NCBI GenBank assembly: GCA_016185615.1
Contig: JACPNE010000005.1
Location: 33,622 to 97,621, forward strand
Source: Candidatus Woesearchaeota archaeon
GTDB taxonomy: Archaea > Nanobdellota > Nanobdellia > SCGC-AAA011-G17 > JACPNG01
Length of the DNA: 64,000 nucleotides
Direction of reading: 5' to 3'
The position numbers and the translations under genes are program-made. Shown here in pieces: positions 55,089 to 64,000 of this stretch (position 1 is the stretch's first letter; each line of letters begins with the position of its first letter). The notes below the pieces were generated by a model. That model had not been told where the DNA came from. It worked only from the letters and a program-made list of their open reading frames with translations, and searched no databases.

Positions 55089-57461
55089 ATGGAACTTCCC
55101 AAGAACTATGACTTCAAGCAATCAGAAGAGAAATGGATAAAATATTGGGAAGAAGAGGGGATCTATAAATTTGATCCAAATAGTAAAAAACCAATTTATT
55201 CTATAGATACTCCACCCCCGACTGTTTCTGGAAAAATGCATATGGGGCATGCTAGCTCTTATTCACAGATGGATTTCATTGCTAGATATAAAAGAATGAA
55301 AGGGTTTAATCTGTTCTATCCGTTTGGAACAGATGACAATGGTTTGCCTACAGAAAGATTAATCGAAAAGGAAAAAAAAGTCAGAAGCGTTGAGATGGAC
55401 AGGGATGATTTCATAAAACTCTGTCTGGATACATTGAATGAGATTCGTCCAGGATTTATTAAAGATTGGAAAAAGATAGGAATAAGCTGTGACTTTAAAA
55501 TATTTTATTCAACAATAGATGCTCATTGCAGAAAGATTTCCCAGAGAAGCTTTATTGAATTATATAATATGGGAAGAGAGTATAGGATGTTAGCCCCAAC
55601 AATATGGTGTCCGGAATGCCAGACAGCAATAGCTCAGGTTGATTTAAGGGATGAGGAAAAGCAATCTCATTTTAATGATGTTATATTCAAAGTTGATAAT
55701 GAAGATATAGTTATAGCAACCACACGTCCAGAATTATTGCCAGCATGTGTAGCTGTCTTTTATCATCCTGAAGATAACAGATACAAAAAATACAAAGACA
55801 AGAAAGCAAAAGTTCCTTTGTTTAATTATGAAGTGCCAATATTAGAAGACTCAAGAGTAGATCCAGAAAAAGGAACTGGAATTGTAATGTGCTGTACTTT
55901 CGGAGATCAAACTGATATTGAATGGTATAAATCATTTAACCTTCCTTTGAAAAAAGCAATTACAAAAGACGGGAGAATGACAGAGATAGCTAAGGAATAT
56001 AAAGGATTAAAAATAAAGGATGCAAGAAAAAAAATTATAGAAGACCTAAAGAAAAATAATTTATTAGTAAAACAACAGGAGATAAAGCATACTGTTAATG
56101 TTCATGAAAGATGCGGAACAGAGATTGAAATTCTAGAATCTTATCAATGGTTTATTAAATATCTTGATTTAAGGGATCAATTATTAAGATATGGCTCGGA
56201 GCTAAAATGGTATCCTGAGTTTATGAGACACAGATATGATAACTGGGTCAAGGGATTACAGTGGGATTGGTGCATTTCCAGACAAAGGCATTTTGGAATT
56301 CCATTTCCAGTTTGGTATTGCAAAAATTGCGGAGAGATAAAATTAGCTGAGGAGCATGAATTGCCGGTTGATCCATTGACAAATACCCCAAAGACACAAT
56401 GCAAATGTGGAAGCATAGATTTTGAACCTGAGAAAGATGTTTTGGATACATGGGCTACTTCTTCATTAACTCCGCAATTATCTATTGAGTTATTTAAAAA
56501 TAATGAAATAAAATCAAAATTATTTCCTATGAATTTAAGGCCCCAAGCTCATGATATAATTACTTTCTGGCTTTTTAATACAGTTGTAAAGTCAAGATTA
56601 CATTATAATAAAAATCCATGGCATGATGTTTCAATATCAGGATTTGTACTGGATCCGCATGGAAGAAAAATGTCTAAATCTCTTGGAAATGTTGTTGAAC
56701 CCCAATCAATTGTGGATAAGTATGGGGCAGATGCACTAAGATTCTGGGCTGCTTCAGTTAAGCTTGGAGATGATATTCCTTATCAAGAAAAAGAGATTGT
56801 AACAGGACAAAAGACTGTTGTAAAATTATGGAATGCCTCTAAATTTTGTATACAACACCTAGAGGATTATAATAAGGAAAGTGTTAAATTAGAAGAGATA
56901 GATAAATGGCTATTGAACAGATTGGATTATATTGTGAAAATTTCAACTGAGAATTTTGAAAGATATGAATATTCAAAGACTAAAGCAGAGACTGAAAATT
57001 TCTTTTGGAATATCTTTTGTGATTACTATTTGGAGATTGTCAAGGATAGATTGTATAATCCAGATAAAAGAGGAGAAGAATCAAGAAAATCCGCACAATA
57101 CACATTGTATAAATCATTGTTGACAATACTAAAATTATTCTCGCCCATAACTCCTTTTATTACAGAAGAGATTTATCATTTATACTTTAATGAAAAAGAA
57201 AATAAGAAAAGCATTCATCTCGAGACATGGCCTTTCCCGGATAAAGCTGATACGAGCTTGGATGTTATGGGAAATTTATTCATTGATGTCGTATCAAGAG
57301 TTAGAAAATTCAAGACTGAAAATCAAAAGACGTTAAAGGAAAGCATTGAATTGACCTTGCCAGAAGAAGAGATAAAAATTTTGTTTAATTCATTGGAAGA
57401 TCTTAAAGCTGTTACAAATTCTAGAGTAATAAAAGAAGGAAAGTTTAAGATTAGTTTTTAA
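55089..57461 (+). CDS. valS: Valyl-tRNA synthetase
   Basis: Class Ia motifs PPPTVSGKMHMGHA and KMSKSLGN. TTRPELLPACVAV and GTGIVMCCTFGD are editing-domain motifs typical of archaeal ValRS. Confidence 0.85.
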   Translation: MELPKNYDFKQSEEKWIKYWEEEGIYKFDPNSKKPIYSIDTPPPTVSGKMHMGHASSYSQMDFIARYKRMKGFNLFYPFGTDDNGLPTERLIEKEKKVRSVEMDRDDFIKLCLDTLNEIRPGFIKDWKKIGISCDFKIFYSTIDAHCRKISQRSFIELYNMGREYRMLAPTIWCPECQTAIAQVDLRDEEKQSHFNDVIFKVDNEDIVIATTRPELLPACVAVFYHPEDNRYKKYKDKKAKVPLFNYEVPILEDSRVDPEKGTGIVMCCTFGDQTDIEWYKSFNLPLKKAITKDGRMTEIAKEYKGLKIKDARKKIIEDLKKNNLLVKQQEIKHTVNVHERCGTEIEILESYQWFIKYLDLRDQLLRYGSELKWYPEFMRHRYDNWVKGLQWDWCISRQRHFGIPFPVWYCKNCGEIKLAEEHELPVDPLTNTPKTQCKCGSIDFEPEKDVLDTWATSSLTPQLSIELFKNNEIKSKLFPMNLRPQAHDIITFWLFNTVVKSRLHYNKNPWHDVSISGFVLDPHGRKMSKSLGNVVEPQSIVDKYGADALRFWAASVKLGDDIPYQEKEIVTGQKTVVKLWNASKFCIQHLEDYNKESVKLEEIDKWLLNRLDYIVKISTENFERYEYSKTKAETENFFWNIFCDYYLEIVKDRLYNPDKRGEESRKSAQYTLYKSLLTILKLFSPITPFITEEIYHLYFNEKENKKSIHLETWPFPDKADTSLDVMGNLFIDVVSRVRKFKTENQKTLKESIELTLPEEEIKILFNSLEDLKAVTNSRVIKEGKFKISF

Positions 57462-57506
57462 GTTTAAATCCAAATTTTTTTAAAGCCCTTATTTCATAGA
57501 ATTAAG

Positions 57507-58598
57507 ATGAATCAAAAGCAGAAGATAAAACTAAGGAAATTAATAAATGAATTATCCTCAATAAAGGGTAGACATACTGAATTAGTTTCTGTTTATGTTC
57601 CTTCTGGCTATGACCTAATAAAAGTTATACAGCATCTTGAGCAAGAGAAAGGAACAGCTTCCAATATAAAAGATGCCAGAACAAGAAAAAATGTTATTGA
57701 CTCTTTAGAAAGAGCTATAAGACATTTAAGAATGTATAAAAGAACACCTGAAAACGGATTGGCTGTTTTCGCAGGAAATGCATCAGATAATGAATCAAAG
57801 ATTGATATTAAAGTCTGGGGCATTGAACCCCCTGAACCAATAAACACAAGATTATATCGATGCGATCAGACTTTTATTACAGATATTCTTAGAGATATGA
57901 TGGAGACAAGAGAGATATATGCCCTATTAGTTATGGATGCAAGGGAAGCCACAATCGGATTATTAAAAGGAAATTCTATCCAAGAGTTAGTTACATTAAC
58001 CTCTGGAGTTCCAGGAAAGGTAAAGGCTGGGGGACAATCAGCAGCTAGATATGCCAGATTAAGGGAAGGGGCATTGAAAGAATTTTTCACAAGAATTGGG
58101 GAGGCAATGAATCAAAATTTTCTTGAGATGAAAGAGTTAAAAGGAATAATGATCGGAGGTCCAATTCCGACAAAAGACGAGTTTTTTGATAGTAAATATC
58201 TAAATAATGAACTAAAAAAGAAAGTGATAGGAGTAAAAGACTTAAGTTATACAGGAGAATTTGGATTGCAAGAATTAGTTGATAAAGCCCAGGATATATT
58301 GGTTAAGGAAGAATCAGCAAAAGAAAAAGCATTATTACAAAGATTTTTTGAGACACTTGGAAAAAGCAGAAAGATGGTAGCTTATGGAAAAGAAGAAGTG
58401 AATAAAGTTCTTGATATGGGTGCTGTTGATATATTATTAATAAGTGAGGAATTAAGTGACAAAGAGATTGAGGAGTTTGAAGAGAAAGCCTCAAATGTGG
58501 GCACAACAACACATGTTGTCTCAACAGAAAGCAGGGAAGGCAAACAGCTTAAGGATTTAGGCGGTGTTGTGGCAATTTTAAGATATCCAGTTGAGTAA
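57507..58598 (+). CDS. prf1: Peptide chain release factor aRF1
   Basis: GGQS motif (KAGGQSAARY) and domain 1 TASNIKD, where the canonical sequence is NIKS. Confidence 0.9.
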   Translation: MNQKQKIKLRKLINELSSIKGRHTELVSVYVPSGYDLIKVIQHLEQEKGTASNIKDARTRKNVIDSLERAIRHLRMYKRTPENGLAVFAGNASDNESKIDIKVWGIEPPEPINTRLYRCDQTFITDILRDMMETREIYALLVMDAREATIGLLKGNSIQELVTLTSGVPGKVKAGGQSAARYARLREGALKEFFTRIGEAMNQNFLEMKELKGIMIGGPIPTKDEFFDSKYLNNELKKKVIGVKDLSYTGEFGLQELVDKAQDILVKEESAKEKALLQRFFETLGKSRKMVAYGKEEVNKVLDMGAVDILLISEELSDKEIEEFEEKASNVGTTTHVVSTESREGKQLKDLGGVVAILRYPVE

Positions 58599-59226
58599 TG
58601 CCGAAATAGTTAAAAATTATACAATTTTTATTAATAATATGCAAGATACAAAAAATAAGATAGAAGCTATGTTATTTACTACAGGAAGATTTATGGACAT
58701 GGAAGAGATATCTAAATTATGCAGTATAGGCTCTGTTGGAATAGTAAAAGATGCATTAAATGGGCTTATTAATGATTATAATACTAGAGATTCTTCATTA
58801 GAGATTATAGAAGAAAATGGAAAATTTAAATTAAATATAAAGAAGACATACAACTATTTAACAACTTCATTATTAACAGATTCAGAATTTGATGCTCCAA
58901 CAACGAAAACATTAGCAATAATTGCATATAAAAATCCAGTTCTGCAAAGCGAAATAATAGATATAAGGGGAAATAAAGCCTATGATCATATAAAACTACT
59001 AAAAGACAATGGATTTATTACAAGTGAAAAGAAGGGAAGGACAAGATTATTAAAATTAACATCAAAATTCTTTGATTACTTTGATATAATTGAGAATGAG
59101 CTAAAATCAAAATTTACAGACCTTGAGATAAAAGCAGTTATTGATGAAGTTGATGAAAATAATAAAATTGCTTCTAATGATAAGAAAGAAATTTTAAGTG
59201 TAGAAGAAGCGGAAGAAGATGAATAA
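58591..59226 (+). CDS. scpB: Segregation and condensation protein B (ScpB)
   Basis: KIEAMLFTTGRFMDMEEISKL and tandem winged-helix layout. The likely start is the internal MQDTKNK. Confidence 0.7.
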   Translation: MSNAEIVKNYTIFINNMQDTKNKIEAMLFTTGRFMDMEEISKLCSIGSVGIVKDALNGLINDYNTRDSSLEIIEENGKFKLNIKKTYNYLTTSLLTDSEFDAPTTKTLAIIAYKNPVLQSEIIDIRGNKAYDHIKLLKDNGFITSEKKGRTRLLKLTSKFFDYFDIIENELKSKFTDLEIKAVIDEVDENNKIASNDKKEILSVEEAEEDE

Positions 59227-60682
59227 AAATCTATATATAATATTTTTATTAGTATTAGTTTTTAGACTTTTTTTTGCGTTCCAGTCTGAGGAATTTAATG
59301 ATGATAATGCTTATTTTACTTTGAGGAATGTTGAAAGCATACAACAAACTGGAAAGCCATTATTTAATGATGGGTTGAGCTATGGCGGAAGACAAACAGT
59401 ATTCCTTCCATTATACTATTATATCTTAGCAGCTTTTTATTCAATATTTGGAGAACTAACATTTAAGATTATAACTTCTATATTATTCTCTTCATTAATA
59501 TTTTTGGTTTATTTGATTGTAAGAGAGTTTACTAATAATGAAGAAGCCGCATTATTGGCTACTTTAATTTCTGCATTTATTCCTGTGTTTATCTCAACAA
59601 CAACAAATAATATCTCTATATATTCTGCTGCTCTTTTTGTTATGTTGTTAATGATATTGTCTTTAATTAAAATAAAAGATAAGAAATACATGAACTTATT
59701 TATTGGATTGGCTATTGCATTCCCATTATTGCATGGAATGGCATTTCTTTTTATTCTTTCATTATTAACATATCTAATATTATCAATAGCAGAATCAAAC
59801 AAACTTGAGAAGGTAAAGAAAGAAGCAATTCTATTCTCCCTGTTCATTGTTCTTACTATCTCATTTTTATTATTTAAGGATGCATTTTTACTGCATGGAC
59901 TTAATACGATATATCAGAATATTCCAAATGATATAATATCAAATTATTTTAAGGGCATAAATATAATTGATTTAATATTTAATTTTGGACTTATACCTAT
60001 ATTTTTTGGAATATTTGGATTGAGTTATTCAATAAGGAAGAAAGATGATAACACAATATTATTAGGAAGTATGATCTTAACAACCTCAGTTTTGTTGATA
60101 TTCAGATTAATAGATGTTTATTTAGCGTTCATCTTCTTAGGCATATTACTCTCTATATTATCCTCAATAGGATTTGAGAAACTGTTTAAATACATAACAA
60201 TGACAAAATTTTCAAGACATCTTAATCATGTAAAATTTTCAATTTTTATTTTAGCAATATTATTAATGATTGTTCCAAGTTTTATTGAGGCTAAGAACTC
60301 TACAGATAATGCTTTAAGCAAAGAAGAGCTTGATGCACTTTTATGGCTAAGCAATAACACAGAGACTGATTCCATTGTTATGTCTTCTTATGATGAGGGA
60401 CATTTTATTACGAAAATTGCAAAGAGAAAAAATGTAATAGACGACAATTTTCTTTTAGCCAATAATATTAATCAAAGGTATAATGATGTAAAGACTGTTT
60501 TTACAACAACATCTCAAGTAAAGGCTTTACAAGTACTTAAAAAGTATGATGTTACATATGTATATTTTTCTGAAAGAACGAAACAAATATATAACTCAAA
60601 AGAAATAGCTTATTCAGATGATAAATGCTTTAAGGAAGTCTATAGAACAGAAAAAGCTAGAATTTACAAAGTTAGATGCTAA
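59219..60682 (+). CDS. Minimal AglB/STT3-like GT-C oligosaccharyltransferase homologue 1 (WWDYG replaced by SYDEG)
   Basis: About 11-13 TM helices. EL1-like EFNDDNAYFTLR, compared with STT3 EFDPYFNYR. C-terminal LLWLSNNTETDSIVMSSYDEGHFITKIAKRKNVIDDNF...LKKYDVTYVY parallels STT3 W...NTP.D..V.SWWDYGY.I......R....DNN...DV.YVLV. Confidence 0.6.
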   Translation: MNKNLYIIFLLVLVFRLFFAFQSEEFNDDNAYFTLRNVESIQQTGKPLFNDGLSYGGRQTVFLPLYYYILAAFYSIFGELTFKIITSILFSSLIFLVYLIVREFTNNEEAALLATLISAFIPVFISTTTNNISIYSAALFVMLLMILSLIKIKDKKYMNLFIGLAIAFPLLHGMAFLFILSLLTYLILSIAESNKLEKVKKEAILFSLFIVLTISFLLFKDAFLLHGLNTIYQNIPNDIISNYFKGINIIDLIFNFGLIPIFFGIFGLSYSIRKKDDNTILLGSMILTTSVLLIFRLIDVYLAFIFLGILLSILSSIGFEKLFKYITMTKFSRHLNHVKFSIFILAILLMIVPSFIEAKNSTDNALSKEELDALLWLSNNTETDSIVMSSYDEGHFITKIAKRKNVIDDNFLLANNINQRYNDVKTVFTTTSQVKALQVLKKYDVTYVYFSERTKQIYNSKEIAYSDDKCFKEVYRTEKARIYKVRC

Positions 60683-62048
60683 AGCAATAGCTTCTCTAAT
60701 TGTATTAACTGCTTTAATTTTATTAATTCCTTTTATTTTTAGAACGTCTAATCTACTTATAGGGAATGAGTCTTACTATTTCTTGAGGGTGGCAGAAAAC
60801 CCAATTGTTATGTTTGATGAGTTAAGCTATGGCGGAAGAACATACATATTTTCTCTTTGGCCAATTATAATAAGTGTATTTAGCAAGATAACAACTTTGT
60901 CATTAATGACTTCAGCTAAGGTAATCTCTTCATTAGCAGGATTAATCTCAGCTGTTCTATTTTATCTTATTTTAAGAAAGCATTTCAATACAACAATTTC
61001 TTTTATCTCCTCTGTTATCTTAGTTTTATCTCCCGGTTTTTTATATTTGTTTAATACAATAAGTGATTTCGGTTTTGTTTCATTATTTTTCCTTTTGATA
61101 TTTTATCTAATATTAAGGAAAAATAGACTTGCATTTTTTCTATTGTTATTTATACCTTTATTTGGGATTCTTCATACAATAGTAATGGGAATATTACTAA
61201 TAATATACTCATTTTCGAGAAGAGAATTTAAATGGCTGTATATAATTCCTTTATTTGCCTTAGCTATATTGACACGCATTTTAGTTTATGGATTTCCTGA
61301 AATTTTATTATTTGATGCCCCAAATACCCAAGTGTTGGTAAATCTAGTATCTGATTTTGGAAGTTTTGGATTAAGTTTGTTTACATTGATATTAGCTATA
61401 TTTGGATTTTCTCTTTTATGGGAAGAGAAATATAAGAATATGCCTGTATATTTATCAGTTGTTTCATTATTATTTCTAATGAACTTTAATATAAAAGTTG
61501 TATTATATCTAAGTTTTTTTATATCATTTATTGCAACATTGGGAATAATCAAAATAATTAATATAGAATGGGAGAGCAAAAAAATAAGAAATGCAATATT
61601 CTATATCTTAATTATTGGAATATTATTTTCATTTTTGACTTTTTTCAATGATTATTACAATCAAAAGCCAGATGATTATATAGTTGAAAGCCTTGAATTT
61701 CTAAGAAAAGAATCAAATAATAATGATATTATATTGAGCCATTATAGCAGGGGCCATTGGATATCATACTTCTCAGATAGGAAAAATTTTATGGATGCTA
61801 ATTTTGTATATGCACCGGATGTTAATGAAAGGTTCTATGATTTTCAGGAATTAATAAATACAAGAAATTTGGAAAAGGCTGAAGAAATAGCAGATAAATA
61901 TAGTATAGATTATATCTGGCTTGATAATGAGATTAAGGATCAATTATGGGATGAAAGAGATGAGGGTTTGCAATTCTTATTATCTTATAGCACAAAATTT
62001 AAAAAAATATACAACCAGAATAATATAGAAATCTGGAGAGTAGAATGA
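60618..62048 (+). CDS. Minimal AglB/STT3-like GT-C homologue 2 (WWDYG replaced by HYSRG)
   Basis: Paralogue of the upstream gene (ELSYGGRTYIF versus GLSYGGRQTVF). GNESYYFLR EL1-like motif. LEFLRKESNNNDIILSHYSRGHWISYFSDRKNFMDANF...ADKYSIDYIWL. Confidence 0.55.
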   Translation: MINALRKSIEQKKLEFTKLDAKAIASLIVLTALILLIPFIFRTSNLLIGNESYYFLRVAENPIVMFDELSYGGRTYIFSLWPIIISVFSKITTLSLMTSAKVISSLAGLISAVLFYLILRKHFNTTISFISSVILVLSPGFLYLFNTISDFGFVSLFFLLIFYLILRKNRLAFFLLLFIPLFGILHTIVMGILLIIYSFSRREFKWLYIIPLFALAILTRILVYGFPEILLFDAPNTQVLVNLVSDFGSFGLSLFTLILAIFGFSLLWEEKYKNMPVYLSVVSLLFLMNFNIKVVLYLSFFISFIATLGIIKIINIEWESKKIRNAIFYILIIGILFSFLTFFNDYYNQKPDDYIVESLEFLRKESNNNDIILSHYSRGHWISYFSDRKNFMDANFVYAPDVNERFYDFQELINTRNLEKAEEIADKYSIDYIWLDNEIKDQLWDERDEGLQFLLSYSTKFKKIYNQNNIEIWRVE

Positions 62049-63295
62049 TTACTATCTCAACTTTTATAATTTGGATATTGTATTTTATCTCTTTATATTT
62101 TATAATCTTTTGGCTATTGGTTTTTATTGATGGGGGCATTAATGAGGAGAAGAAGAGAAAACTTGATATTTATCCAATGGTTACAATTGTAATTCCAGCA
62201 TATAATGAAGGCAAAAGAAATCTTCGTAAAACAATCGAATCTGCTTTGTCTTTAAATTATCCAAAAGATAAAATTGAGATTATAGCTGTCAATCATGGAA
62301 GCTCCGATAATACTGGAGAGATAATAAATAGTTATACAGAGATAAAACCATTGCATATCGGAAGAACCCAAAAAGAAAGAAAAGGAAAAGCTGTAAATGA
62401 AGCCTTAAAGCTGGCAAAAGGGGAATTTTTTATATGCATGGATGCTGATTCAACAATTGAGAAAGATGCTTTAATAAAAATGCTTCCATATTTCTCAGAT
62501 GATAATATTGCTTCTGTGCTTCCATTAATGAAGATAGTAAATCCTAAAGGGATATTGGAAAAAATACAATGGTGCGAATATCTTGTAAACTTTTTTTATA
62601 AAAAATTAATGTCAAAGCTTGATTGTATTCATGTAACTCCGGGACCATTTAGCATCTATAGAACAGAAGTACTTAGAAAAATAGGCATGTTTGATGAGAA
62701 TAATCTTACTGAAGACCTTGAGATTTCATTAAGGCTGCAAAAATATAATTATAAAATAATTCAAGTCCTTGATTCAGAGGTATATACAATTGCTCCTGAA
62801 ACATTTAAAGAATTTTATAAGCAGAGAAATAGATGGTATAAGGGTGCTGTGTTAAATGCTCTTAATTATAAAAATATGATGTTTAACAGGAAATATGGGG
62901 ATTTTGGTTTTATACAAATGCCAAGAATACTTATTGCAGGTCTAACTGCAGTTATTATGCTTATGATAACTATATATAATTATATAATTGAACCAGCAGC
63001 CAGGAATATATATAACTTATCTTTAATAGACTTTAATGTCTATCCTTCAATAAAGAATACAGTAATAAATTTTAGATTGATAGATTTTAACTACACAAAT
63101 ACATTTTATTTTATAGTTATATTTATAATAATCTTAATTGTATTAAAATTGTCATATGTTTATACGAAGGAAAAAATGATAAGATATGGATATGTAACAA
63201 TTCCATCTTATCTTATCCTTTACTCGTTATTGGCTTCTATCGCATGGATGGGAGTTTTAATAGACTTAATAATTAAAAGAAAACAGAATTGGTAA
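62045..63295 (+). CDS. Membrane-embedded processive family-2 glycosyltransferase (NodC/PgaC/chitin-synthase-like)
   Basis: VTIVIPAYNE, CMDADS, TEDLE and QRNRWYKG (QxxRW), with N- and C-terminal TM helices. Confidence 0.8.
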   Translation: MITISTFIIWILYFISLYFIIFWLLVFIDGGINEEKKRKLDIYPMVTIVIPAYNEGKRNLRKTIESALSLNYPKDKIEIIAVNHGSSDNTGEIINSYTEIKPLHIGRTQKERKGKAVNEALKLAKGEFFICMDADSTIEKDALIKMLPYFSDDNIASVLPLMKIVNPKGILEKIQWCEYLVNFFYKKLMSKLDCIHVTPGPFSIYRTEVLRKIGMFDENNLTEDLEISLRLQKYNYKIIQVLDSEVYTIAPETFKEFYKQRNRWYKGAVLNALNYKNMMFNRKYGDFGFIQMPRILIAGLTAVIMLMITIYNYIIEPAARNIYNLSLIDFNVYPSIKNTVINFRLIDFNYTNTFYFIVIFIIILIVLKLSYVYTKEKMIRYGYVTIPSYLILYSLLASIAWMGVLIDLIIKRKQNW

Positions 63296-63296
63296 A

Positions 63297-63983
63297 ATGA
63301 GAACGATTAGTAAGAGCAAGTACATTATAGCATTGATAATAGCTACTGCTGTTTTTGTAATCGGATTGCTTATAGGAATACTTGTAACTGAAGAGAGAAC
63401 AAAATTCCTCGAGGTGTCTGCGAGAGAGCAGAAAATAGATTTTGACAGCTTGCAGTTACAAGATCTTTACTTGAATACTTTAACAGATAAATGCCCTGCT
63501 ATTAATAAGGCATTGGAATCTAATCTGAATAATTTAGAGCAAACAAGGATAAAACTTGAAAATTATCTTTCTCAGTCATTAATTGATGATGATAAAGAAT
63601 TCTCATTGACTAAGAGAGAGTATATGCTGGCTGAGATGAGATATTGGTTGTGGGCATCACAAACAAAAGAAATTTGTAATGTAGATACAATCTCATTACT
63701 ATATTTTTATTCCAACAATGATTGTGAGGATTGTGTTTCCCAGGGATTAATACTAACATATTTGAAAGATAGATTTAAGAGGAACTTATTGATATTTTCA
63801 TTAGACTCTGATTTCATAGAAGAGACAATGTTGAGAATAATTAAAGAAGATTATAATATTACTAAAGTTCCAACCATTATAATCGGAAATGAAAAATTTG
63901 AGGGATTAACAAAGAAGGAAGAATTAGAAAAAGTTATTTGCTCATCTTATAATAAAAAACCAAGTGAGTGCAATGAACTGTGA
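63297..63983 (+). CDS. Membrane-anchored thioredoxin-fold protein (CxxC)
   Basis: N-terminal TM helix. NDCEDCVSQ CxxC and a KVPTIIIG cis-Pro-like region. Confidence 0.45.
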   Translation: MRTISKSKYIIALIIATAVFVIGLLIGILVTEERTKFLEVSAREQKIDFDSLQLQDLYLNTLTDKCPAINKALESNLNNLEQTRIKLENYLSQSLIDDDKEFSLTKREYMLAEMRYWLWASQTKEICNVDTISLLYFYSNNDCEDCVSQGLILTYLKDRFKRNLLIFSLDSDFIEETMLRIIKEDYNITKVPTIIIGNEKFEGLTKKEELEKVICSSYNKKPSECNEL

Positions 63984-64000
63984 TATGTGTGGAAGAATTC

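Noticed and set aside
57507-58598. Stop-codon reassignment suggested by the NIKD variant in aRF1.
   Set aside because: The standard code gives uninterrupted full-length homologues throughout. All three stop codons terminate well-formed genes in this window.
1-64000. The possibility that this is a CPR bacterium rather than an archaeon, prompted by the SLT, LysM, M23 and YidD genes.
   Set aside because: The information-processing genes are unambiguously archaeal. They include TFE, aRF1 with GGQ/NIK motifs, Cbf5, L31e, L39e, S19e, NreA, PDCD5-like, archaeal-type AspRS and ProRS, and STT3-like enzymes. The bacterial-type genes are better explained as horizontal acquisitions.
1-64000. A search for CRISPR arrays, rRNA genes, RNase P RNA, SRP RNA and C/D-box sRNAs in intergenic gaps.
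   Set aside because: No regularly spaced direct repeats, no long GC-rich structured segments other than the two tRNAs, and no convincing C/D box pairs were seen by eye. Small ncRNAs cannot be excluded without covariance-model searches.

Overview
This is a very AT-rich, gene-dense archaeal window. The archaeal call rests on TFE, aRF1, Cbf5, ribosomal proteins L31e, L39e and S19e, NreA, archaeal-type AspRS and ProRS, AglB/STT3-like enzymes, and TATA boxes about 25-30 nt upstream of start codons. Small proteins, patchy metabolism and many secreted Cys-rich proteins suggest a DPANN-like episymbiont, but that is inference only.

Content, left to right:
- A radical-SAM/SPASM, peptidase and split PEP-kinase operon, truncated at the window edge.
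- TFE and a vapBC module.
- A secretome block: a Tat-signal M23-like protein, two large Cys-rich surface proteins, an M50 protease and an SLT-LysM muramidase.
- NreA and a translin-like protein.
- An aspS-gatC-gatA...gatB transamidosome locus interrupted by extra genes, including a tandem pair of minimal AAA+ proteins.
- A 15-kb peptidase and amino-acid catabolism island: M16, M24, S33, M29, M42 and M32 peptidases, a class III aminotransferase, an aldehyde dehydrogenase, an OTC-like carbamoyltransferase and carbamate kinase.
- purD, an aminotransferase, and a split ADP-forming acetyl-CoA synthetase.
- ProRS, CysRS and ValRS, a ribosomal-protein/Cbf5 cluster, aRF1 and ScpB.
- A glycosylation cluster with two divergent AglB/STT3-like genes, a processive GT2 and a membrane thioredoxin-like protein.

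Two tRNAs are present. No rRNA or CRISPR array was seen.

Most notable observations:
1. A 2,018-bp cassette (36340-38357) with 18-bp terminal inverted repeats, a 7-8 bp flanking direct repeat and five subterminal 12-mer repeats. It has no recognisable transposase and carries a PD-(D/E)xK nuclease-like gene and a bacterial-type YidD.
2. A tRNA-Phe(GAA) interrupted by two non-canonical introns, one in the D-loop and one in the T-loop. It is partly hidden under a spurious ORF.
3. The RiPP-like radical-SAM cassette, whose PEP-dependent phosphotransferase is split and domain-permuted.
4. Tandem minimal AglB/STT3 homologues with degenerate WWDYG motifs.

All functional calls come from motif recognition by eye. 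No database searches were run.
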